This document shows, piece by piece, positions 56,208 through 64,000 of a stretch of 64,000 bases of DNA. This DNA comes from Clostridia bacterium (GTDB taxonomy: Bacteria > Bacillota > Clostridia > Christensenellales > CAG-138), in NCBI GenBank assembly GCA_030527115.1, contig JAUNBM010000004.1:1153-65152 (forward strand), given 5' to 3'. Position 1 is the first letter of the stretch. Each line of letters starts with the position of its first letter. The position numbers and the translations under genes are program-made. A model generated the notes under the pieces. It did not search any database. It worked only from the letters and a program-made list of their open reading frames with translations, and was not told the DNA's origin.

Positions 56208-58137
56208 GCCCATTAACGCGCAAAACTTCGTTCCATACGAGGGGACGCGGCTTCTTTTCGTAGGCGCTTCTTATCAGCCGGACATTGGCAGGCCTGTTTA
56301 TAACCGCCGTTTTGGTTTCAATCACCTCAGGCTCGCTCGGAAGGGGTTTTCGCTCCGCAACCCGCTGTTTCTCCTCCTCATAGCTGATGTATCTGAGCCT
56401 CGTCGGAGCGACATAGCCGAGCTTTTCAAAGGGGGCGGCTGTCATCGGAGTTCTTGCCCCCGTTTCATCGACCGCCACCGCAATCTCCGCCGGAAACTCC
56501 GCCGCAGTTTCGTCCATGATTATTTTGCCCGTAGTATGGATCTCAAAATCCTCCGGAATCGCGGACTTGAGTTTGAACTCAAAATAGTACAGTATGAGCG
56601 CCACCACCACGCCTATCGCCACTATGGCGCAGATGATTATAAGGGCTATCCTTATAGCCCGCGCAATGCCGGAGGTGTCGATGGTTCCGCCTATCGTATC
56701 GCCCTCTATCATCGGCGTACTCGGCGCCGTCAGGGACTCGCGAATCGCGGATACGTCTATAACCACCGTCGGCGTTGAACAGGGATTGCCCGACGGGTCG
56801 AAAGCGTTGAGCGCGAACGCCAGCGTTGTAACCTCCCCGCTCAGCGTTATATCGTAGGAAAAGGCGGTAACTCCGGCGCTCAAAACCGCAAAATCCGCGA
56901 TGGACTGGGAGCCGAGATAATACTGCTCAGTCAGACTCGCATTCGATATGGGCACTTCGGAATTGTTGATAATCTCAAAGAACACCGTTGCGTTCTCCGT
57001 GTCGGCAGAACTTGCAAAGCTGAGCGTCGCGCTCAGGCTTATATCTATCTGCGAGGAATCGACATAGGGAATTATCGGGTAGCTCGTCGTATCATTATAG
57101 ATATAGGGTTCCAAAAAGCAGTCGGTTCCCTCCGCATGAAACGAGATATAGCGGGTTTGCGTTGCCGACTGCGCCGCCGTCGCCACATAGGAGATCGACT
57201 TGGACTGCGAAGCCGCCAGGTCGAACGGGCCGTCGATAAGGGTGTTTATCTCGTCATACAGGCGTATATTCGTTATGGGCTGGGTTCCAACGTTGGTTAC
57301 AGTTATCGCAAACTCAACGCCCTCCGTCGTTGCGGCAAACGACTGGACGCTCATCTGAAGCTCGATTATCGCGCACTCCACAGTAACGGCTTCCGCCGCC
57401 GCGGTTTGCGTCGGCTGGTTGCGGACGGTATAGGTTACAAGCGGCTGGGAAATCAGATTCTCCTCGCCCATCACGACCGGCAGGGTAACGGTCATCGAAG
57501 CGCCCGCAAGCAGGCTCGTGCTGGGGAGGACTATCGTCGTATCGACTATGCCCTCATCGTAGAGAACGAGGTTGGTCATGTCGAACTTGGTTGCATTCTC
57601 CAGCGTATATACAAACTCCACGGTCGTATCCGGCTTTGCAAGCTCTATGTTGCAGGAGCTTTGAATGCTGATTACCGGCTCGATGAACCGTTCAATGACT
57701 ATGGTGGCGCTCGCCGATTCGTTGATATATATGGGCGTCTCTTGGTATATGTCCAGCGGGCCATAGGAAATATCGACCCACGACAGCTCAAACGTAAGCT
57801 CCGTGTCCAGCACGGAATCCGGAATATTCAAACCGTACAGGTAGAATTCCCTCGCCGCCTGCGCCGACACGGTTACGACGCTCTCGAGCCTTTCGTTCAA
57901 GCCTATTGCCGGACAGGATATGATGGCGTTGTTCAGCGTATACTCGGAGACCCCTCCATTATGAATATCGAAGCGCAACCACGAGAGCGCGCCGCCCACG
58001 CTAAGCTCCGCCTCGGGATCTACGGTTAGCGCGAGCGAGATGGAATGGCTGTTGACCGCATCGGTTGCCGACAGCGGTACAGCGACGGCGCAAAACAGAA
58101 ATGCAATTGTAAGGATACAGGAAATCAGTCTTTTCAT
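56179..58137 (-). CDS. secreted repeat-domain protein with C-terminal membrane anchor
   Basis: A signal peptide is followed by several ~100-aa beta-rich segments, a TM segment (IALIIICAIVAIGVVVALILYYF) and a cytoplasmic tail. The start overlaps the yigZ-like stop (ATGA). Confidence 0.6.
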   Translation of the reverse strand: MKRLISCILTIAFLFCAVAVPLSATDAVNSHSISLALTVDPEAELSVGGALSWLRFDIHNGGVSEYTLNNAIISCPAIGLNERLESVVTVSAQAAREFYLYGLNIPDSVLDTELTFELSWVDISYGPLDIYQETPIYINESASATIVIERFIEPVISIQSSCNIELAKPDTTVEFVYTLENATKFDMTNLVLYDEGIVDTTIVLPSTSLLAGASMTVTLPVVMGEENLISQPLVTYTVRNQPTQTAAAEAVTVECAIIELQMSVQSFAATTEGVEFAITVTNVGTQPITNIRLYDEINTLIDGPFDLAASQSKSISYVATAAQSATQTRYISFHAEGTDCFLEPYIYNDTTSYPIIPYVDSSQIDISLSATLSFASSADTENATVFFEIINNSEVPISNASLTEQYYLGSQSIADFAVLSAGVTAFSYDITLSGEVTTLAFALNAFDPSGNPCSTPTVVIDVSAIRESLTAPSTPMIEGDTIGGTIDTSGIARAIRIALIIICAIVAIGVVVALILYYFEFKLKSAIPEDFEIHTTGKIIMDETAAEFPAEIAVAVDETGARTPMTAAPFEKLGYVAPTRLRYISYEEEKQRVAERKPLPSEPEVIETKTAVINRPANVRLIRSAYEKKPRPLVWNEVLRVNGLTADGLNRR

Positions 58138-58784
58138 GCGTCCTCCTTGCCCGGGGCATAGTCCTCCCCGATCACCTTGCCGGTCAGCGAAGCGTCGGTC
58201 TTGACGGCGATCTCATGCAAAAAGCCCGTTTCCTCCGCGAAGCCGACCTTGAAAACTATGCGAACAGTCGCGCCGTACTCAACGGCCTCGATGCTCCCGT
58301 ATTTTTTAAAAGTGTCCTCCAGTCGCGCCCACAGCGGGTAGCTCAGCTCGAACGAATGCACCCTGCACGGCCGCATAACTATCGGCTCGGCCTCCTTGAC
58401 AGCCGCCGAACAGCATTTGGAATACGCCCGAATCAGTCCCCCCGCGCCGAGCAGTATGCCTCCGAAATACCGGGTTACTACGCAGAGCAGATTGGTTGCC
58501 CCGATTCGCTTAACCGCCTCCATCATGGGCGCGCCCGCCGTTCCGGAGGGCTCGCCATCGTCGGAAAACCTTGCCGTTTCCCCGTTTATGCCGATGGAAT
58601 AGGCGTAGCAGTTGTGGGATGCGTCCCAATGCCTTTTCCTAATTTCCTCAAGCTTCAGCCTCGCCTGCTCCTCGTCGGCGCAGGGAAAGCACCTGCCGAT
58701 AAAGCGCGATTTGGATATGATTATCTCAATCTCGCTGTTCTTTGCAACGGTTCTATACTCCTTTAGCCGCGGCGAACCCTGCAA
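58134..58784 (-). CDS. YigZ/IMPACT-family protein
   Basis: KSRFIGR, HNCYAY and DDGEPSGTAGAPM blocks are present. Confidence 0.85.
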   Translation of the reverse strand: MQGSPRLKEYRTVAKNSEIEIIISKSRFIGRCFPCADEEQARLKLEEIRKRHWDASHNCYAYSIGINGETARFSDDGEPSGTAGAPMMEAVKRIGATNLLCVVTRYFGGILLGAGGLIRAYSKCCSAAVKEAEPIVMRPCRVHSFELSYPLWARLEDTFKKYGSIEAVEYGATVRIVFKVGFAEETGFLHEIAVKTDASLTGKVIGEDYAPGKEDA

Positions 58785-60001
58785 AAGCCCTTCTTTCCCT
58801 TCTTTAAAATGACGCCCTCACCGTCAAGCGCGTCCGCCGGAAGGCTTTCATGAACGGAAGATACCTTCTGCTCTCCGGCAAATACGGCTCCGCTCTCTAT
58901 CAAACGCCGGGCGTCGCTCTTGGACTTGGCAAGTCCGCACAGCGTTAAAAGGTCGGTCACGCGGAGTCCCGATTCCGCAACCTCAGCCTCGCTAAGCTCC
59001 CGCGTCGGCATATGCTCCAGATTTCCAATACTGCCGAACAACGCTTCGGCGGCGGCCTGCGCTTTTTTCGCTTCCTCGCTCCCATGCACCTGTTCGGTAA
59101 GGGTGAACGCCAGCACGCGTTTCGCCTGATTGATCTTTTCGTCCTTATGAGCGCACAGGCTTTTGATTTCTTCCATCGGCAGGAAGGTCAAAAGCGACAG
59201 ACAGCGCTCAACATCGGCGTCGTCCACGTTGCGCCAATACTGATAGAAATCGAATACGCTGCACTTTTCCTTATCGAGCCACAGCGCGCCCTTCTCGGTC
59301 TTGCCCATCTTCTTGCCGTCGGCGGTGGTGAGCAGGGTTGTTGTCAAAGCATAGGCCGGACGCTGTTCCTTGCGGCGGATTAAATCCGCGCCGTTCAGCA
59401 TATTGCTCCATTGGTCGTCCCCGCCCATCTGAAGCACGCACCCGTGCTTTCGATTCAGAATGAGGAAGTCGTAGCTTTGCATCAGCATATAGCTCATCTC
59501 GAAGAAGGTCAGCCCGCTTCCCGAAGCCAGCCGCTGTTTGTAGCATTCGGCGGACAGCATTTTGCTCACCGAAAAATGAACGGCTATCTCACGCATGAAG
59601 TCCATAAAGTTCAAGGAGCGGAGCCAGTCGGCATTGTTCACCATTATCGCCTGTCCCTCGGAAAAATCTATCAGACGCGACATCTGCTTTTTAAAGCAGG
59701 AGGCATTGTAGTCCAATTCCTCAACGCTGAGCAGTTTTCTCAGCTCCGTCTTTCCCGAAGGGTCGGCTATCATAGCCGTTCCCCCGCCGAGAAGGGCGAT
59801 GGGCTTATGCCCGGCGCGTTGCATATGCGCCATGGTCATGAGCGCGACATAATGGCCGATGTGCAGACTGTCGGCAGTCGGATCGAAGCCGATATAAAAG
59901 GTTATCCTCTCCTTGGACAGCAGTTCCCGAAGCTCCTCGGGATGGGAGCATTGCTTTAAAAAACCGCGTTCCTCCAAAACCTCATAGGCGTTGACGTTCA
60001 T
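58763..60001 (-). CDS. tyrS: tyrosine--tRNA ligase
   Basis: It has the HIGH-type motif (LHIGHYV), a KMSKS-type motif (KMGKT) and a C-terminal S4-like domain. SD ggagg precedes MNVNAYE. Confidence 0.92.
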   Translation of the reverse strand: MNVNAYEVLEERGFLKQCSHPEELRELLSKERITFYIGFDPTADSLHIGHYVALMTMAHMQRAGHKPIALLGGGTAMIADPSGKTELRKLLSVEELDYNASCFKKQMSRLIDFSEGQAIMVNNADWLRSLNFMDFMREIAVHFSVSKMLSAECYKQRLASGSGLTFFEMSYMLMQSYDFLILNRKHGCVLQMGGDDQWSNMLNGADLIRRKEQRPAYALTTTLLTTADGKKMGKTEKGALWLDKEKCSVFDFYQYWRNVDDADVERCLSLLTFLPMEEIKSLCAHKDEKINQAKRVLAFTLTEQVHGSEEAKKAQAAAEALFGSIGNLEHMPTRELSEAEVAESGLRVTDLLTLCGLAKSKSDARRLIESGAVFAGEQKVSSVHESLPADALDGEGVILKKGKKGFCRVRRG

Positions 60002-60014
60002 CTTAACCTCCGTC

Positions 60015-60464
60015 TTATTTGGCTTCAAGCTCGCTGGTGCAATGCGGGCATCTGGTGGCCTTTTCGTTTATCTCGGTAAAGCAGTAGGGGCAGAGCCTCG
60101 GCTCGGGCTTGGGCGCTTCCTCCGCCTCCTTCTTCGCTCGGTTCTTCGCCTTATTGATTAGCCTCACCACCATGAAGATGAAGAAGGCGATTATCAGAAA
60201 GTCCACTATCACGGAGATAAGGTTTCCGTAATGAAGAATGGACGCGCCTGCGTCGGTCGCTTCCTGCAAGGTTGCATATTCTCCCCCGTCCAGCGCAACA
60301 AACCAGTTCGTAAAATCGAAACCGATTATCCGGCTGATAAGCGGCATGAAGATGTCGTTTACAACCGATGAAACAATCTTGCCGAACGCCGTTGCAATGA
60401 TAACGCCGATCGCCATGTCCAAAACGTTCCCCCGAAACGCGAACTTCTTAAAATCTTTCCACAT
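60015..60464 (-). CDS. mscL: large-conductance mechanosensitive channel MscL with C-terminal zinc-ribbon extension
   Basis: The N-terminus is FKKFAFRGNVLDMAIGVIIATAFGKIVSS.V.DI.MP, and there are two TM segments. The tail is CPYC....CPHC. Confidence 0.9.
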   Translation of the reverse strand: MWKDFKKFAFRGNVLDMAIGVIIATAFGKIVSSVVNDIFMPLISRIIGFDFTNWFVALDGGEYATLQEATDAGASILHYGNLISVIVDFLIIAFFIFMVVRLINKAKNRAKKEAEEAPKPEPRLCPYCFTEINEKATRCPHCTSELEAK

Positions 60465-60527
60465 AGTTATACTTACCTCCTTTTACCCTAAAAGAATAAC
60501 ATATTTTGAGCTTTCTTTCAACGGGAA

Positions 60528-61682
60528 TCACTTATTTAACACTCTTGCAACAATTGGTCTTTTCACCTTCATCGCGCCCTTGGGACAAAACTCCTGACAG
60601 CAAAAGCAGTGTATGCAGGCGTTCCGCTCAATCCGTGGAATCTTACGTTCGAGGTGAATCGCCTTTGCCGGACAAATATCGGCGCATTTGCCACAACCTA
60701 TGCACTCGTCGTTCAACACTTTGGGAAACGAGCAAAGCGCCTTTTGAGCGATTCCCCCGAACGCCTTGCCAAACAGCCCCGGAAGCTGATTGCGAAACAA
60801 TATGCTGTTATAGTTCTCTATCCTTTGAAAGTCCGGAACTATAAAATCTTCTATATTTCCGCATATATCCAGCTCGTCAGCCGATTTTGGAATAAGCCCG
60901 CGCTTCCACGCCGCCTGCAAGGTCGGCACGTTGTCCTTACCCAGTCCGATTATGCGGGCGCACGCCAAATCCAGCTTGTGCGGCGAGAACGATGCGCCTA
61001 TAACGCCGATCCTCCTCGGCGTTCCCATCGTCGGCCCGTTTCCCTCCATTCCAATAACGCCGTCGGTTATCGAAAGCACCGGCTTTGTATACTCCGCGAG
61101 ATCGACTATCATATCGGCAAAATCCGCCTGATTCGGAAACCTGAAATGATATTCCGGCTTGATCGTGCCCGGAATCACGCCAAACATATTCTTTGCCGCG
61201 CCCGAATACGCCATCATGCCATGCGTTTTTAGCTTGCTGAAATTGATTATCGCGTCCGCATCGTTGAGGTAGGCGGTGTACATGAAGTCCTTGAGAACGG
61301 CCCCCTTTTCAAAATGAACGTTCGTCTGCTCAAAGTTCCAGTTCAGGTTGCCCCCAAAGCGTTCAACCTCGGTTACGCCCGTTGCGGAATAAACGTGTCC
61401 GACATACGCCTTGGTATAAAGCCCGCCCGGACTGTCGCCCACCGTAACTACCGCCCCCCTCTCCACCAGCATCTTAACCAAAGCGCAAAGCAGGGCGGGG
61501 TGCGTCGTTGCGGCGGCGTCGGGCTTTAAAAACGAAACCAGATTCGCCTTTATAGCAACCTTCATTCCCGGCTTTACAAAGCCCAGCCCGTTCAGCGGGG
61601 CGAGCGCGGTTTTTAGCGCCGCAAAAACCTTGTCGTCAGAATAATCCTCGCAACGCGCCAGCACAACTTCCGGGCAGGTCAT
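60528..61682 (-). CDS. DUF362-domain protein with C-terminal 2x[4Fe-4S] ferredoxin domain
   Basis: DUF362-like N-terminal two-thirds. The C-terminus has CIGCGKCADICP and CIHCFCCQEFCP. Confidence 0.75.
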   Translation of the reverse strand: MTCPEVVLARCEDYSDDKVFAALKTALAPLNGLGFVKPGMKVAIKANLVSFLKPDAAATTHPALLCALVKMLVERGAVVTVGDSPGGLYTKAYVGHVYSATGVTEVERFGGNLNWNFEQTNVHFEKGAVLKDFMYTAYLNDADAIINFSKLKTHGMMAYSGAAKNMFGVIPGTIKPEYHFRFPNQADFADMIVDLAEYTKPVLSITDGVIGMEGNGPTMGTPRRIGVIGASFSPHKLDLACARIIGLGKDNVPTLQAAWKRGLIPKSADELDICGNIEDFIVPDFQRIENYNSILFRNQLPGLFGKAFGGIAQKALCSFPKVLNDECIGCGKCADICPAKAIHLERKIPRIERNACIHCFCCQEFCPKGAMKVKRPIVARVLNK

Positions 61683-62962
61683 GAATCACCGACCATAATC
61701 TTTAAAATCTCCCTGTCGGTAACGCACATCCCGTCCTGCGCGATCTTGCCGACATTCTTTATCGTATTTTCAACGCCCTTGGCAATTATTCCCTCGCCGT
61801 CCAAAAACTCATGCCCCTCGATATACATATGGTAGCCAAAGATTCCTGCGTCCACGGAGGCGGCTATCTTTGCCGCGCAGGAGGGCTTTGCCCCGTCGCA
61901 AACCATGCCCGACAAGATTGCAACGGCGTTTACGACCGTATGCGCGATTATCTCATAGTTCGCTCCATGCTTTAAAAAGGCTATTCCTGCCCCCGCTCCG
62001 CATCCGGCGCTGACCGCCCCGCAATATGCCGAGAGCCTTCCGATTCCCGTTTTTTGATGTATCGTTATCAGGTTGGACACCACAAGCGCCCGGTACAGCC
62101 TGTCCTTTGAGCAATCCCACGCCTTCGCATACTCGATAACGGGCAACGATGCGGTAAGCCCCTGATTTCCGCTTCCGGACACTATTATGACCGGCAGGGT
62201 GCAACCGCTCATCCGCGCATCGGAACCTGCCGCCGCCGCCGCCTTCGCCCGAGTCAAGCAGGAGCCCCCGTCGAGCTTCATCAAGGTTCGCCCTATTTCC
62301 GCGCCCCACGCCTCATTCAAGCCCGCCTCGGAAATCCTGGTGTTATATTCTATCTGCCTTGCAATCACAGGCTCAACGTCGGCAAGATTGAGCGAGGAAG
62401 CGAAGTCCAGTATTCCCCTGACGCTCAAAACGGATCTGTCCGTCAGTTTCGTCTCTATCGCGCAGGAGGCGGGGTTCTGCTCGAAGAAAACCCTCTCCCC
62501 GTTCCTCTCTATCCGCGTTATATTGGTATGGTAGTTCTCTATCGTAACCGAGGCGCTGTCCCCGTCCGATTTAAGAGTGATTTTGATGTAAAGCGCAAGC
62601 GAGGTATCCGCAGGCTTTACGCAGATTCGCTTTTCCTTCAAATAGTCGAGGATGCTCTGCTCGGTCTTTGGATCTATGGAGGACAGCACCTCCAAAGCGC
62701 TGTTCGGGTTGCCGCCGACTATCCCCGCCGCGACCGCCGCCTCGATTCCTTTCAGCCCGCAGGTATGCGGAACGCAAACGCTCTTAACGTTTTTTATTAT
62801 GTTGCCGCTCACCTCCGCCACACAGCTCTCGGGAAGCCTGCCCAGCGTTTCGCGCGCCTTCGCCGCCGCATATGCCAGCGCGATGGGTTCGGTACAGCCC
62901 ATCGCGGGAACTAGCTCCTCTTTTAGGATGGAGACGTACTGGCTGTAAAGCTTCAAGTCCAT
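61679..62962 (-). CDS. serine dehydratase alpha-like / L-cysteine desulfidase family (UPF0597) protein
   Basis: It has the GCTEPIALAYAAA N-terminal block and Gly/Ala-rich C-terminal blocks typical of the YhaM/CdsB family. Confidence 0.7.
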   Translation of the reverse strand: MDLKLYSQYVSILKEELVPAMGCTEPIALAYAAAKARETLGRLPESCVAEVSGNIIKNVKSVCVPHTCGLKGIEAAVAAGIVGGNPNSALEVLSSIDPKTEQSILDYLKEKRICVKPADTSLALYIKITLKSDGDSASVTIENYHTNITRIERNGERVFFEQNPASCAIETKLTDRSVLSVRGILDFASSLNLADVEPVIARQIEYNTRISEAGLNEAWGAEIGRTLMKLDGGSCLTRAKAAAAAGSDARMSGCTLPVIIVSGSGNQGLTASLPVIEYAKAWDCSKDRLYRALVVSNLITIHQKTGIGRLSAYCGAVSAGCGAGAGIAFLKHGANYEIIAHTVVNAVAILSGMVCDGAKPSCAAKIAASVDAGIFGYHMYIEGHEFLDGEGIIAKGVENTIKNVGKIAQDGMCVTDREILKIMVGDS

Positions 62963-62963
62963 C

Positions 62964-63773
62964 TCATGCCTCCACGAGCTTCGAGACAAATTCATTCAGT
63001 TCGGGAATATCTATCAGCTCCAAAAGTCCCTCGTCCGCCGCCGCCGCAAGCTTGGGATTTATCGGAAGCCTGCATACGTTCCCTATCCCATGCTGTTGCG
63101 CCAGTTCCAAAGCGGAGCTTTTGCCGAAGATTTCATGCTCATGCCCGCAATCGGGGCAATGGAAATATGCCATATTCTCCACGAGCCCCAGAATCGGAAC
63201 GTTTAGCATCCCCGCCATCTTTATCGCTTTTTGAACGACCATAGAAACCAGCGACTGCGGAGTTGTCACTATCACTATGCCGTCGACCGGAATCGACTGC
63301 AAAACGGTTAAAGGAACGTCGCCCGTTCCCGGCGGGAGGTCGATATACATCACGTCCACGTTGTTCCAAATGACGTCCGTCCAGAATTGGCGAACTGCCC
63401 CGGCGATTATCGGCCCGCGCCAGACTACCGGCTGGGTATCGTCCTCCAGCATCAGATTGATTGACGCAAGCTGGATTCCCGTTTTTGAACGGTTGGGCAA
63501 AATTCCAACGTCCGTTCCCACGGCCTTATCGGTAATGCCAAAGGACTTGGGAATCGACGGGCCAGTGATATCGGCGTCCAATATCGCGGTTTGAAAGCCC
63601 AGCCTCTGCGTCATAACGGCGAGCGCCGACGCCACCATCGACTTGCCCACCCCGCCCTTGCCGCTCATTACGGCAATGACCTTGCGAATCGTACTCATCG
63701 CATTGGGGTCGTCCTTCCTTATCGCGCAGTCCGCATTGCAGTTTGCGCAATCGTGATTGCAGTTGCTTTCCAT
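62964..63773 (-). CDS. Mrp/NBP35-family ATP-binding Fe-S cluster carrier-like protein
   Basis: It has an N-terminal Cys-rich segment (CNHDCANCNADC), a deviant Walker A (SGKGGVGKS) and a CPDCGH motif. Confidence 0.85.
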   Translation of the reverse strand: MESNCNHDCANCNADCAIRKDDPNAMSTIRKVIAVMSGKGGVGKSMVASALAVMTQRLGFQTAILDADITGPSIPKSFGITDKAVGTDVGILPNRSKTGIQLASINLMLEDDTQPVVWRGPIIAGAVRQFWTDVIWNNVDVMYIDLPPGTGDVPLTVLQSIPVDGIVIVTTPQSLVSMVVQKAIKMAGMLNVPILGLVENMAYFHCPDCGHEHEIFGKSSALELAQQHGIGNVCRLPINPKLAAAADEGLLELIDIPELNEFVSKLVEA

Positions 63774-63774
63774 C

Positions 63775-64000
63775 TTAAACTCCTTCCGCCGGCATAAACG
63801 GCGTAACAATTTCTATAACATAGTCCAGCTCAACCACCGGAATTTCCGAAAAGATCTCCGCATAGATTGGGGTGTCAATGCCCGCAGGCAACGTCAGGCT
63901 CTCCTCGGCAGTTAATATCTCGCCATAGCCATACAGCCTGCCGTCCTCCCCATAGAAGCAGATTCGCGCGCGCCCCTCCAAATCCGTTATGAAGGAATTG
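63775..64000 (-). CDS. hypothetical protein, C-terminal part (5' end outside window)
   Basis: The ORF is open to the window edge and its stop abuts the Mrp-like start. I recognise no family. Confidence 0.4.
   Translation of the reverse strand, partial: NSFITDLEGRARICFYGEDGRLYGYGEILTAEESLTLPAGIDTPIYAEIFSEIPVVELDYVIEIVTPFMPAEGV

Noticed and set aside
58763-58784. The 22-nt overlap of the tyrS 3' end with the yigZ-like start, considered as a possible frameshift.
   Set aside because: Both proteins look full length with intact terminal motifs. Short overlaps are common throughout this window.

Overview
The window is a roughly 57-62% GC chromosome segment from a spore-forming Clostridia-type Firmicute. 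This is inferred from spoIIE, spoIIGA, sigE and sigG together with the gene style. No database search was possible, so every product call rests on motifs I recognise in the supplied translations. Most of the window is housekeeping: cysS, an ECF sigma/anti-sigma pair, punA-deoB, a ZIP transporter, rlmA-like, pepF, a ROK kinase, dinB, coaD-rsmD, alr, a PPTase, the sporulation sigma cluster, dapL, tmk, clpB, an ABC-2 exporter, tyrS, mscL and an Fe-S/cysteine desulfidase-like cluster. The clear accessory region is an ~8.5 kb lower-GC element (about 37-47% in hand-counted lines) integrated into the 3' end of tRNA-Gln(CUG). It is bounded by an imperfect ~180 bp direct repeat at 3883-4061 and 12391-12571. 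It carries a tyrosine integrase, a lipoprotein, a cI-like/cro-like/Xis switch and a ParB protein. At the far end sits a translationally coupled operon: Na+/solute symporter, IbrB-like ParB-domain protein, and IbrA-like PAPS-reductase (PP-loop) protein. This operon is the most interesting candidate system, but its last gene is truncated at a deletion junction. Other items worth a second look:
- a 35 bp motif module that occurs four times in and beside the island
- a structured ~190 nt spacer between tRNA-Val and tRNA-Gln
- an unannotated 58-aa ORF behind a low-GC LRR surface protein
- unusual sporulation-gene packing
- an MscL with a zinc-ribbon tail

No CRISPR array, rRNA or intact transposase was seen.
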